From Ophelia neglecta (lineage: Eukaryota): 64,000 nt of DNA. Each line of letters begins with the position of its first letter. Position 1 is the stretch's first letter. The stretch covers positions 26,598,001 through 26,662,000 of the forward strand of contig OZ260663.1 of NCBI GenBank assembly GCA_965285935.1, given 5' to 3'. Made by a program: the position numbers and the translations under genes. Shown here piece by piece: positions 23,726 to 37,204 of this stretch. Under the pieces are notes generated by a model. That model searched no databases. It saw only the letters and a list, made by a program, of their open reading frames with translations, and was not told where the DNA came from.

Positions 23726-26700
23726 GTTATTACCAATTTTCTTCACCTAAAAGAGAAATAAGCAATCTTATATTTGTTTTACTAGTTGTTATGCCTTGTT
23801 ACTGCTGGACATAAGTAAAAACTACAACCATAGCATTCCTACGATATTTGTTTCACCTTTGGTTTTATAACAGGTGTCGATATAATCGAATGTCTTATTA
23901 TGGCCCCTCATGTCAATAAAAATATTTTAGCATTTGAAAAGGGGTAAGAGAGGGGGTCACTCTTGGGGGAGCGAGGAACGGAGATGTTAAAAGCCACAGG
24001 CCACGGGTGGGAGAGGAAGTGCCGTAGCTGTGCAGACTATATACCAGCAACCATGAGTTGGCCCGATGTGTTTTGTACAACGTGTGGCCCATGCATAATA
24101 TATACAATGGGCCGATACATTTGGATATATATTTTCATTGCACATTCATATTTTCATATTTTCTAAACTATTTGAGAGTAGGACAACAACACGGGAATGG
24201 ATACCCGACAGACAAAGCAAACTCATTAGTCAAGATTTGTCCAATAAATCCGTCTAAAATCATCAGGAACCATCATCCGTACGCCCACAAACAGCACGAC
24301 ATCAATCCTTATCTCCCAAAATGCAATGGGCAACCAGTTGGTCAGCATGCAGAACTTTGAAATCGGTGTTTTTAGAAAGCACCGAAACGTCGACATTAGG
24401 CAAACACCTTGCTCGAAATATAATTTGCATTCGTTGTAAAAAAAGTTCACCCACAGCCTTGCAAAAAGGCATGATTGAATTCGCTAGTAGACGCCACAAT
24501 TTTTTTTATCCCGTAGTTGTGCGTATCGCAGACGCAAAGCTGTGCGCCGCCTTATATAAGACTTAATTGTTATATAAGTATACTTGACTTCAGTGTATCC
24601 CCTTGAAATTGAAATTAAAGATATCATTATTGAGACAGTAAATGCTTTCTTTCACCGCCACATATAACTAGTATCACCTGTTATATAGATTTGACTTTAT
24701 TATAAACCATTTCACATGAACGTTATTTGCAATGCATGGACTTCTCATCTTGACTGTTATTTCCTTCTTACTGCAATAAGAAAAGTAAGTGCGTCCATTT
24801 GTAGGTTTAAAACTGTACGCTATACAAAATTCCTGTTTCGAAATGAAAATGAAGAAACAAAAATGAAAGTTTATTAAGTATGTAGAATACTCTATTGTCA
24901 TTCCCTATATTGGGGTGTCATGTTTTTTTAATCATGGTTTCCTTGGGCATCACTCTCATTTGTTGTAGAATGAGATTGCACGTATGAAATACATTGAAAC
25001 ATCAACATCACATATTAATCAAATTATCAACAAAAGCTGCTATTAAAAAATGTAGCCAATATTAAGTGACATGTACTATTAAATAACTAGTATGTCAAGG
25101 TATATATGAGCGCCTTTCAAAGTCTATGTTATACCACCTTCACAGATTGTGTTGAGCTCACTAAACGATGTAACACGTAAACTTATTCACATCTTTATGC
25201 CCTCAGATGCACCATCAGACATTTAAGGTTGGTTGATTGGACCACTTAACGTGTTCAGGCTATGCATGCGTCTTTAAAAACGACAATCTTTTATATTATT
25301 CTAAATACGGTAGGAATCCAATACAATTCCTTCAAACTTTATCAGCAATACTTTTGTTCATAGGGGCCCCTAGCACCAGCGGCTCCGGAGAATAAATTTT
25401 CTGATTGACCGTACATAGGACGGATCAAATCAAACCCATTGTGACCAAGTCAGGCTGTTTCAGATTGAGACGATATGGATTGATTACGTGTACAGTGGTA
25501 TGCGGTAAAAATCTTGCAATCAAACTAGGGGATGGTCAAGGTGATACCAAGAAGGAACGGGTCAAAACAAATCAGCCATTAATAAGAATTCTTCACTTCC
25601 CAGAATTTAAAAATTTTCCTTAGTTTTTGTATAGGCCTTCCGACGAATAATGTTGGTAGAGATATTCCGACAAATAGATATCGGCAGATGGTATTTTATA
25701 CACTTTTACTACTAATATCTTTAAATCGATAAAGTTAATTAGTGAAACCAAGGCCTGTTATCTGTGGTATTGCAACTGTTTGGTCCTGCAGCCCGACATT
25801 TTCAACCTTTTGCTGACTAAATATCTTGCATTGTGACGTTTTATAGAGCCATTAAACCTTTTTAGTTAAACTGACATAAAGTTGAATGAACGCAATGCAC
25901 ACAAAGGTAGAAACTTTTTTCGTTAATAGGATTGGAGTTAAGTTTTTAAATTTTTCTTCTTACTACAGCCATCAACCTGAGCACAGCATTACCAGTATTA
26001 CATGCTGGCGGGTACAAAGACAGTTCTAATTAGTAGATGAATTCAAGTGAATAGTAAACGTATCCTTCTGTCACATGTCATCATTCACCCGCCTCACTGC
26101 CATTGTGCCAATTTAGTATTATAAAAAGTGCTTAGGTGCAAAGAGAAATAACTTACGAACAGAGTATTTTGTTTTTTTATCATTGTGCACAAATAAGTAG
26201 TCATAATTAGCTTGTTAATACCCAGAACCAGGGAATATGCTTGAAGCAACCAATCCAAGGGCATGCCAAGCAATGACATTTATTCCTATATCAAAGCCAG
26301 ACACATAGTGTATGTTTAAGGGGTAAGTACTACCCTCCAAACTAGGGTAAAACTTGCACTAAGGCGCACACTGAAGGGAAATAACCCAATTATATTTGTT
26401 AATTAAGCAGACTGGTAGATATGTATTCAGATTCTTAGTGGCCTGACATTTTACCCGAATTTAAAAAGGTTGTCTCATCACCAGTGGCCTTTGTCATTGA
26501 TATGGGGCTAGCAATTTAAAGGGTATTATGGTGTGACCAAAAATGAATAGCCCATGTGTAATTAGCCACAGGTAATAGCTGTAATTTATAGCTGCACGAC
26601 GGCACTTCAAACACTCTACCTGTCATATTGTACACAGGTCAGTCAAGAAGTAATCAAGTGACATTTACACTTAAATTGGATCTTGATTTATGTTCTTTTG

Positions 26701-28164
26701 CGATTTCATCGTGTTGGTGCGAAGTGTTATCACGAGAAATAGATTTAAAGACTGGTCATACCTATGAAATGTCACTTGAAACGAATGTTGATCGATGTAG
26801 TTGACAGTGTAAAGATTTTGGCGTGGCTATGGTGAGTATTTAAATCATGATTTATAGCTGATGCTTAAATTTATCGCTGTATGGAGGAATACTAAAAGTG
26901 ATTTAAAAATTAAACCGAGCCTCTAAGTAACATGTTATTCCAAACCATGTCATATTATCTCCAACAAAAATTTGTCACTGGTGATAATTCATACAGGGCG
27001 AAGTATTAGTTTTTTGGCCAAAATATTCCAGAGCATTCGTTCTGATTTTGTTTTCATTTTTCTCTCCCTCACCAAAAAAAACTGAATAACAGAAAAATAT
27101 TATTCTCTATCGCCCATCTGACCCAATGCGTAAACTAGGATCACATCTATATATGTATGTATGTTCTAAAAAAGATAATGTACTGTTTGACCGACTGGCG
27201 TGGACTGTTTATTAATGTGTTTTAACAGATCTAGCTTAGTGCTGGTATTACATTTAATTCGTTACTCTAGGCAAGAGCTTGAAAGTAAGATAATAGTATT
27301 CCATGTAATACTATATATGATAGCTTGTGCATTGATCTTAAAATTTCATTGCCTTCCCCTTTATCAAGGCATTTTATTCATTTATAACTATATAATAATG
27401 CTGGAAATCGTCAGTATTTACATAACTTCAATCATGGTATAGTGGATAAGATGATCAATACTAATCAAGGAAATGCACCCCATTCATATGCAATATTTAA
27501 TATGAATGTATTCTCAAAATGTAATAAACTTGCGTAGTTTTGTGACCGAACATAAACAATAGTTAACTTACCTTGCGCTTAAGGTTTGGCTATGTAAAAT
27601 GAAAGATACAATAGCCCATCTGTCATATATCAATGAATATTAAGAGAGTGTTCCTTGGGGCTAACCATAATGCAATAATGGTATACGCTCCATGTATGAG
27701 TATCCGGGATGTCTGTGACCTAGATCAGTGTGTGTGCTGAGTATACAAGGGGTGATATGTACATGTACAAACCAACCAATCTCAGTCTGCAATATGACAA
27801 ACAATACATAAAATCATCGAAAAACAATTTCACTGTTATCAGTACTATGATGTCGACAACAACTAAATTTTCTTTTCGATGTGTGTTCATCCACTTCGCT
27901 CTGTTCTCAGGCGATTCATTGTAAACTAAATCACATTTTTATTGGAAGAAACTGCTATTAGACATTAATTTCCACTGCAATCAATATAAATGTAGGACAG
28001 CACATGATGAATTTAAACTATGGCGTGGTGAAACTGGGTGTGTTATATCCACGACACAGCTGTGATGTCCATATTGATCTATTGAGATGGGAATATATAT
28101 ATATATACAAATCAATACATATTCTAAGGTTTTCCTTAATATAAGTTATTATTTAAATTTTGCA

Positions 28165-28790
28165 GTAGCACTTCTTCGGTTGCTTCTGTCCTGGCTCTTC
28201 ATCAGGAGAAATTCGAAAAGGATCACAAAGAAGCATTTATTTCAATATAATATTGCAATATGATAATTCAATATCGCTGAAATATTCTGATATGATCTGA
28301 AAAAAAAACACATCAGAAACACATACCAAAGCGAAATGCCTCGATAAAACTGTGTGTGTGAATTGTACATTACATACTAGGGTTAATTACATACTAATGG
28401 GTGTGAAAGACCCAGCTGCTTCTTCCTATTGAAAGACTTGTTAGTTTGGCCAAGCAATTACGTTGACAAAACGGACGCCGCTAAGGCATTAATACTGCCA
28501 TTGCTCTTTTTTTTTTACGCGTATTGTGTCTAGAGCTAAAATCATCAGCTCCATAACACTTGACAGGATAATTGCGTATCGACACAATTTTGCATTTCCA
28601 TTCCTTTGTTAAGTTGATAGGGGTGCTTTTACTTTTAAGTTGGAGATACACTCGATTACTATTGCCATTACAATTTTGTAGCGATGTCACGCTCTGGCTC
28701 AAAAGTACTTCATTAAATATCAGTTGTGTCATTCTAATTAAATGCAGTACTACTAATATGTTGGTGAGGGTTTTCAAATCAAGTAGTTAG
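28165..28790 (-). mobile_element. Penelope-like element fossil (RT piece, C-terminus, hammerhead remnant)
   Basis: LIRMTQLIFNEVLLSQ and CYGADDF resemble the PLE RT (NxFxFNxxxYxQ; RYIDDIF). QLGLSHPLVCN* resembles the LxTxxPxGLN* end. Followed by CCTGATGAAGAGCC...CCGAAG. Confidence 0.5.
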
Positions 28791-30899
28791 TATCAAGTAA
28801 GATTTTGTTGTTGAAAACAGGCTGTCAGTATTCGGCGCTGTAGCGCTGCTCTGGATGATTCGGCGAGGCAGCTCTAGCTCTGCACTGGGGTGGGGTGTCA
28901 CGTTGGTTAGGTAACGGTCATTCTAGTGATCTCACCCAGGGCAGCGCCAAATAGCACAGCGCTGACTACAGGGAGCCGAAACAAAATACGTCATATTATT
29001 TTGTTTACGTTTACTTTGATGATCAATGATGGGCTTGAAAAATGCATTGAGCAGTCTACAAACAACACTTACAAACGCGCGTATCCATAAAAACTGGTTT
29101 AGAAGGATCTGCAGCAGGTAACAGTTTTGAAATGTCTTCTCTAACATGCATTATACAAAATGCTAGATCATGGTGAGCTCATTTAATATGAGAAACATGC
29201 ACTTATTGGTTATGCCAATTGGGATCAGATGTATTGAGTACATTGCACAGTAGTTAATCAATCGTTACCAAATTAAAGTAAAGTATGTGATTTCATAAAA
29301 AAAATTGTAAATGTGTATCCATTACGTATGGGACTTATTTCCGGCAATTTGGTGAAACATGTCTGTACATTCATCATAGTTGTAGCCATAACATATATTC
29401 ATCAAATTTAATTTCTGACAACTCGATTAATGGAACTGGTTTGAATAGCCATTCTGCTAGCTTCGCGAGCTATGAAAGTATGTTAGCCTGATTTAAAAAA
29501 AAAAAGATTTATGCCAAGTTAGCCTGTTCATGCGTTTATCATTGTCCGATTATTGTCCATCACTATGAGTTTCTACGTAGCACTCGTAGATAATGTGTAT
29601 ATGTAAATTTCAAGCGCTGTTTTGTCATTACAACGAAAGAAAAAAAAGAATCTTAAACTGAGACTTAAATTTCCTAGCATTACCCAGCATAACGCTTTTC
29701 ACAAAACCTTCCTTAATGTTTTCACTAATAACGATAAGTCTATATTGTACTATTATTCCAAAGATGGCTATGATTTTTTACTAAACAGTTCTGTTCTGAA
29801 ACTCGGATATCTAATACATTCCCAATACCCTGGGTTACAACATCAAAATATCAAAGACATCAACACCATAGTTAACAGGCCTGGTTGACTATCTCCACAG
29901 GTGTTACCAAAATTCCAAGCGAGTTCGGATTTTGTCCTTAAACTAGACTGGTAGGTTCATTAGCATATTGTGCCTCTTTGGCAATTTGCTGCTTTGGAGT
30001 AGAAGCGAAGCGAAACAGCATAAAGTTGCGGATTACTTTGCTTCGAACTGCTCCGTTGCAAGTAATCCTCACAAAAGTATGATGTAAACAGATACTCCGC
30101 AGTCACTCGGAAGGCAATTAGTGCCCTTATTTTCCTTAGTGTGTATCTTAACACCAGAAAATTTTATGTGAATTGTGATAAGGGCCTAGGAATTTTCCAT
30201 TACGTTCGTAAGTTCCTACTCCCCAGTATTTGCCATGGGGAGACACCTCCAAGCATCAGGCAGTGCTAACATATAAAACAGCAAACGATTTCTGAACTGA
30301 TATCCTCTAAATGTTGCTGGCGGTGCCAATATTAAGGGTTTAGTAATCGGGGATTTCTTTATGCATTTCATGTGTTTGAGCGTTGATCTTTCTCCCTGCC
30401 TCCTAGCTCTGGGAAAATAAAAAGGAGGGTATAAATCACAGTTTCAACTATCGATGGACTTTCTTTAGAATTAACCATTAATTAAAGTTGGTTAACATGA
30501 TCGTATACCTAATTACGAAAGACGGCGAATTTAAACCATGGTACACGCAATAAAATATATTTTCTTTGAACTATATTGCCTTTTATTACTTTATATTCGA
30601 AGTCATTTATCAAATTTTATCGATCTCAAAGGTTTAGCCCTTGTCTCTCAATATCGCATAGTTTGGACGAAGAATGAACCAAAGCAAAGGTGGTTTTGTT
30701 ACCATATTATGACTTTTACAACGATCACTATTTTGTAAATGAAATGCGATAAGGACTGCTGTCTATTTAATAGCGTAATTGCGGCGATTTATCACATTTG
30801 CCTGTCACATGGTGTAACAGGATATGTCGATAAATTCATGTGATAACCCAACACAGTGCATAGTGTAAATTACCACACAGAGAGCATCTGACAATATCA

Positions 30900-32370
30900 G
30901 TATGAGTGATCTTTCGACCTTGATTGAATTTCAATCTGTGAAATGCCGTAATTATTTATTGATAACGTTTACACTTAATAGGCACTTAATGCGATGGTTC
31001 AAGATAAACATTAATAGCGAGGAAATGCCAATATATATTGCTGATAATACGATAACTACTGAAATCATAAGGGCACCGTCATATAACGTCATCTTACAAC
31101 GCGTTTCAAAAGGCAAATACCATATTTCAACATTTTCATCTCAGCAACCATGAGACTAACAATATCAACAAACACCCAAATGAATTCCTATTCAAAATAA
31201 CAATTTTAGTCCACATCATGACCACCAATGGCTCCGCTTTACAAGGAAGAACCTTTGTCGTCTCAAGGCGGTAACATCGGGGCAAAGGACCTTCTGCCTA
31301 TTTTAATACCCCCCCCCCCCCACACACACACACAGATAAAAAAGAATATTGAAACCAATGGTGTTTAGGTCAATCTGAGAAAATACTGCATAGAGAGTAA
31401 ATTTTTGTAGTGCTGGTTGATTGTTTTTTTCGCAATGTTTCTGGATTCTAGCATTACATAATCTTAATGGGTTTGTTTAGAATAAAACTTGGTTGAGTCT
31501 GATATGAATGCCTGGCAAATACCAAAAATATCCAAATTTACATTTTGCAACGAGCTCAACGATTCAACAAGCTAATTGACTGATATTCTATTTCAACAAT
31601 ACGCTTATAAAAACATCACAGTTCACCTCACAACGAGAAAAACTATGAGCTGGATAAACCGATTCCGTAACGGCGTTCAAACCCAAGATGCTTCATATAA
31701 ACTACCATATATACAACAGACACTGAATTCGAACCTTACAATATTCAATCCAACTAAACTACTGCATTTAGAAACCGTGCTTAGTTTTCCAAGTTGTGCA
31801 ATGGACACGACACGACAGAACACTAGACTCAGTGTTCAGGAATGAATGAAATATAACCGAATTACTAAATCACGAATCGTGAAATTAGGTTCAACTAATA
31901 TCAATATCCAATTTCACAACGACAAATACGTTAAAGAGTAAATTGAAAAGAAATCACATATTTACTACCATATCCCAGTATGTGGTGTCTTAGTTCACTG
32001 GCTATGGATGTTATATGATAGTTTCCCAGAGGACCCATTGCAAACTAAATGAATGATGAAACGGTGAATAAAAAACAGCGGCGAATAAATGCAGTCTGAA
32101 CTTTTAACCAAGTTCGTATTAATGATACACATGTGATATTGTTTATGTCTTGTGGAATGTTATTCAACAGGTAATCATGGACGGGCATAATTGGGTCGTC
32201 GAAGAAAGACTTGTATGACTGGTGAAAAGGTTAGTTTCTTTTTAAATTGCACTTACCAATAATTATTATATCATGATGAAACATCAAAACCAACATTTGG
32301 GTTTTTCATTCAATCATTTTGTGATATCAAATATTTTATTATCAAATAAAAACTGCTTGAAGCACTTGAA
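30900..32370 (+). mobile_element. Penelope-like element fossil (RT to GIY-YIG)
   Basis: Collinear remnants TFTLNRH..PIYIAD, INKHPN, ILFQQYAYKNI, YKLPYI and SHIYYHIPVCG..CYMIVSQRTHCKLNE correspond to FxFNG..PxLAN, LNxxHP, FxxNGYP, LPYxG and VVYxIxC..YIGxTxRxL..EH. Confidence 0.55.
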
Positions 32371-34019
32371 ACAAAGGCGTCTATAGTAACATATGATAGT
32401 AACCATCAGACCAAACCTACTCTGAATGACAATGGGCAATGAAATAAATCGGTTTTCAGTTTTGGAATTACTAAGTAATGTATGAATGATTGATAAAACA
32501 ACAACGCCACAAGAGGGCCATTGTATGAACGGGTATGACGTATATCATTAATTAGAAAGCAAAAATTCGCACAGTATTTTTCGATCCACGGCTTAACTTT
32601 TTAGTGAATAAAGCTTCATTAAAGAATATAGTTTAAACATTTAATTGATATAGTATGTAACTTCCTTCTCTACATTTACGTTTGCATTCGTCAGTGTTAT
32701 GCAAACAGTAATATTAAGCAAACAAGATTTTATTTCCAAAGAACAAGCCTGAAATTAAATACAGCATCTACTGTATCAGAAATATCAAGTACATGTATAT
32801 GTATATGTATGTTTGTGTTTGTTCTTTCAGCAATTCCCTAGACGTATTGGTAAACATTTAATGAAATGAGCTAAATAAGCTAATATATATACATGTATAT
32901 ACGAACAAACTTAGCATTGATAAGATTCAGACAACAATAGATGTCTGGCACATTTCCTGACTATTAGAGAACCGATTTATAACCTCCATTAGCAATTACC
33001 TACTTTATGGTGTTTTTTTTTAGCATTTCGAGTTTAATCTTTTGCAAAGGCAAAGTTATTCGTCCAACAACATGAATAGGTAAATATAAGAGGCGTATTC
33101 CTACATATAGACATCAGATTGTAGAAAGGTAATGCTTATGTGCATTTTTCAGGTATTAATAATCATGGTGCTCACCTGTGAAAGATTATATTACCATAGT
33201 ATTATGATTATTGCTATTCGTCCGCTATGGCGATTGATTGTAATTGATTGCGGTAAGCCGCGGAAAGCATTTTTTCTTATACCTGCTGCGTATCGCTTCA
33301 GGGTAGATTCGTCGTGGTTTATCCCAGAGAACCCCTCGAGAACCACATCAAGTTTGGCGGTTCACCGCTGAATGCCGTTTGCTCATCGCCCTTAACTGCT
33401 TAAAGCACCTCAGCTCCCTGCAAAGTTCGCCGTAAATGGCATTTGTTTGCGATGGCGGGATATGTAACACGTTAAAAATTTAGGATATAACTGAGGATCA
33501 TAACTTTTTGAGTTGTTCTAACTGAGATAGTACACAGTATTCATCAGATCAGTTTCATGTATCCCTTCATCAGAATGAGTGTAATGTTTCAAAAAATCAG
33601 AATCCTGATGCAGGTAAGGTGCCTCGAGGCACAGACAAGGTTATTGTTTTCCCTGGCGTGATACCAAAGCATCAATCCATCATTAAGAAAACCACCGAAT
33701 CCACACCTGAAAACCAGATAACAGGTCGAAGATATGTTACCTGTTTTTAAAGAAATAATGAATCACAAAAAGTGGCGCTTTCAAATCAGATATCAGACTA
33801 CCAATCGGCTCCCTGCGCAACATCAGGAAAACAGCGAATGAAAAGTGTTTAAATGTTTTGTTTTAGATTGCGATCGGGTAATGCATAATCAGTATTTAAA
33901 ATCAATTGTATGTTAACTTAGAGGCACAAAGGCATACATCATTTAAGGAAAATAAAGTGATTTTTAAGAGCAAAAAATGGTGGAACGAATTGTTTTTAAA
34001 GACTTTACTACGGGTTTGA

Positions 34020-34420
34020 AATTATTTGTGCCTGCTTGCCCAATATTCAATAAAGTTTATGTTGTGGTATATCAATAAGCAATGGAACATTAAATTGAAT
34101 ACATATGCATATAGACACAAGTTACTAATATACACCACATTAAAGATAAACTCAATCCATGGTAACTGTATTGGCATTTTACTTTTCTCGGCATTTTGCT
34201 GGAAGTAGTTAAAATTCATTTTCCCTCCTTGTTCAGCTCCGATATGTTTGCCGTTGCAATGACCTCTTAACAAATGTCTCCCATACAACAACCAACCCCG
34301 ATTTGTCTCCCTTTGTTGCATTTTCATGTGGTTAAACGTGGCTTCGACATAAACTCGTGCATAAATTGGTGAATTTGTTTGGCAAATGCTTGATATACAA
34401 TTTTTAAGCACTTCTTAAGG
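34020..34420 (-). mobile_element. CR1/L2-group LINE 3' fossil
   Basis: NSPIYARVYV...QGGKMNFNYFQQNAEK weakly matches PxYLxxxF...YxGAKxWNxLPxxIK, followed by an AT-rich 3' UTR-like tract. Confidence 0.35.
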
Positions 34421-36049
34421 TATTTCCTATCTCACATAGTTTAACCCGGCGTGGCAGTGTATCTACACGATTGCGTGCCTTGCCTCCTTTGAAATGAGGT
34501 AGACTGTTTAAATCACTCTTGTATTATTACTGCTATAAAGGTTTGAAAAAGGCCACCTGGCAAATATGGTCAGTGTTCAAGTGCCGTGCAACATAAACTG
34601 GCTATTACCATTAGGTGATGCAATCAACAGAACACGTGGTGGTAGGGTTCTGTTTCCCCGTAGTTAGATGAGAGTATAGGGGTTTTAAATGGCTTCGTTG
34701 GAGTGTGAATAGACTTATTGTTCGTGGTTCGAATTATTACTGACGTGGCCTTGCAAATAAAATGAAATGTAGTAGCCGTTGTGTGATATTTTGAAAGGAA
34801 AAGTCACCCGAATACGAATGAAGAATTCTGGGTTAAACTCCACGAATACAAAACCAAAATCATCAAATGTATATTTTGAATCTGCAGTATAATATTACAT
34901 TAACTCGATACAAAGGTTAACTCGAACATCATCTCTAGCTCTGTCATGTCTGCTGAGAGGCGCCTAGCCCATCCGTACTACTGCCTGTATACTCAGTCCA
35001 GTAGTGTACACTCTGTTGAGTAGCGGGGAATCCAGGTAGATGAGAGATTTTTATCTCACAACCATTTTCAATTGGCTGCGCGATGAAAATGACGGAATAA
35101 CATCAACCTATTCTTATAGGGACTACTTCAGGAAGCCCTTTTTGTTTTCAAGGGTTTACGATATATACATAATAGCGGCAGGAGTTAGTGTTGGTGGGCG
35201 GGGGGGGGGGGTCAAGTGGGGTCATTAAAATAGGCACCAAACGTTCTCGGAACATTTAACCTTTCGGAAGTAAGAGTGTTCAGTTGGTGCGATGGGGGTT
35301 GTGGGTTTCTCTATGCGGGGTTGGGGTGGGGGGCACATAATCAATACAACACTCCGGTTAAATGAAGATTGGCTAATTCGTACTTATTATATATAGTATT
35401 CCTTAACTGTGTACAAATGTTTGTTTTCACCTACCCTTATTTATTCACATGCCGACGAGTCCCAAACATTTTAGTAAGAAAATCATCAAAAAAAGAAGAA
35501 CTGCCGTCAGTTTACGGCGGGAGGGGTGGGGGTGGGGGTAACTACATGAATTTGTCGACCGAGGGTGCTTAAATGAAAGCACCTCTAAGTATCTTTATCT
35601 ATGGTTTTCCTAATACACCGCGGCTAGTATATTATCATAATCAAACGTGAATCTTCCAAGCGATATGTTTACGTTTCGGTGGTATTGGAGATTGGAGTAT
35701 CATTTATACATCATCACGTTACAATTTCAAAATAGTTTACTTTGTTAACCTTGCCTGTTGTTTTGTAACTGATAATCAACCTGGTTAATACACTGAAATT
35801 GGAATGGGTTAATGTTCTATGGCTATAATTTGCCAATCCGAGTGAAAGTTATTCATCTTGTATGAGTGTATTTCTTAATATCAATACACAAATATAATTG
35901 CTAAAAAAACGGGAAAAAACGCATTGACAACAATTTAAGTACATTAACATCAGAGGAAGTTGAAAAACAATCTGAACAATACTACCATTTGTACTGGTGT
36001 CTTATAATAACGAACTTTAACGCCAAATTTTCCCTGACTGACATGTCGG

Positions 36050-36500
36050 TATTTCAGAAGCATGCGTCATATTCCTACCTCCTTAATTTTTGCCAGAGCG
36101 TGTTCTTAAATCAAAAACATCAGCTTCAGTTTGCTTCGTAACGGTACATATATCATCTGATTTTATCTAACTGAGAGTTTGCAATTCCCAGATATTTTTG
36201 GTTAATAAAATCGTTGGGTAACATGCTTTTTATCGGTTCCTGCGATAATGGCTACTTTACCCTTTCTAGGGTTAGTTTTCTGCAGCGCGTGATATAAGTA
36301 ATCCGGTATTTTGATAGACATTCATGCCCTGCCACACATTTTATTATCCTGTGAACGTTTCACAGAGGCCCATAACCGCTGGAATGACCATAAACCTGGC
36401 TAAAATAACTTAATTGAGCGGCCGTTGAAGTGTTTTGAACTTGGACAGAAATACATTGTCTACATTTGTTTCACCAAGGCAGTATCCATAAAAGACAAAC
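36050..36500 (-). mobile_element. LINE RT fossil (clade uncertain)
   Basis: GYCLGETNVDNVFL and NQKYLGI at spacing compatible with GCxxGxxxxNxLxYADD ... KYLG; heavily decayed. Confidence 0.3.
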
Positions 36501-36969
36501 CTTCGCTCAACTCGTAACATGATGTCCAAGGCTTTTTTCGACCCGACAAGAATTTGAGATAAACATGTTGTAGTGTGTGGATTCGACACACACCGCTATA
36601 CAAGTGCGCGTGTGGGCCAAATCTGATAACCAGTTTTGCACCGGAAACACTTACAAAAATTTTAATAGTACAGTCAGATATGCCCCGGACATAAAAGGTG
36701 CTTTATTTCATGTCAAGAAGATAGGTTTTATAGATAACGGGAATAAAAGCAAATGGCTTCAAGTAGGTTTGTGAACTTTCAAGTCAACTTCTACGTTACC
36801 ATGGGGATAGTTAGTCAAGACTCCCAATTGTTACATGGTTACAAAATACATGTTGAAGCTTACGGGCGCATACGTATATTGGGTCCCCTGACTGTATTGT
36901 CCCGTACACTCAGAGCCATTAGAGTTATTAGATTCCTGCCACGAACTACGCAAGCATGATTAGACCAAA

Positions 36970-37204
36970 GGCCCGATTTCTGAAAGCGGTCATAAGTCTT
37001 AATCCGATTTAAATCATACATAAAGTATTTTATCGGTCTTGTTTTGCTAAGCCGGGTTTCTGGAAGCTGGATTTGGTCTTAAACCTAGTCATTTTGGTCT
37101 TAAAATCAAACCTGCTCAACGGAAACACTGATTAACGCGGTCTCAGCTAATCGTTTTTAGGCTTATCTTATCCCAAAGTTAAGACCACTTCCAGAAACCG
37201 GGCC
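36970..37204. mobile_element. Harbinger-like MITE (~235 bp)
   Basis: 26-bp imperfect TIRs GGCCCGATTTCTGAAAGCGGTCATAA / TTAAGACCACTTCCAGAAACCGGGCC (4 mismatches), an internal TIR-like copy near 37051, and CAG after the right end. Confidence 0.7.

Noticed and set aside
29996-30054. Pre-miRNA-like hairpin (GGAGTAG..CGAAGCGAA / TTTGCTTCG..CTGCTCC)
   Set aside because: Interrupted stem and no match to a miRNA I recognise.
33552-33573. Minus-strand CUGAUGA...GAAAC hammerhead-like core
   Set aside because: No stem I or III complementarity and no adjacent Penelope remnant.
34690-34735. Pol III A/B-box-like pair (tRNA or SINE head)
   Set aside because: Both boxes are imperfect and there is no cloverleaf.
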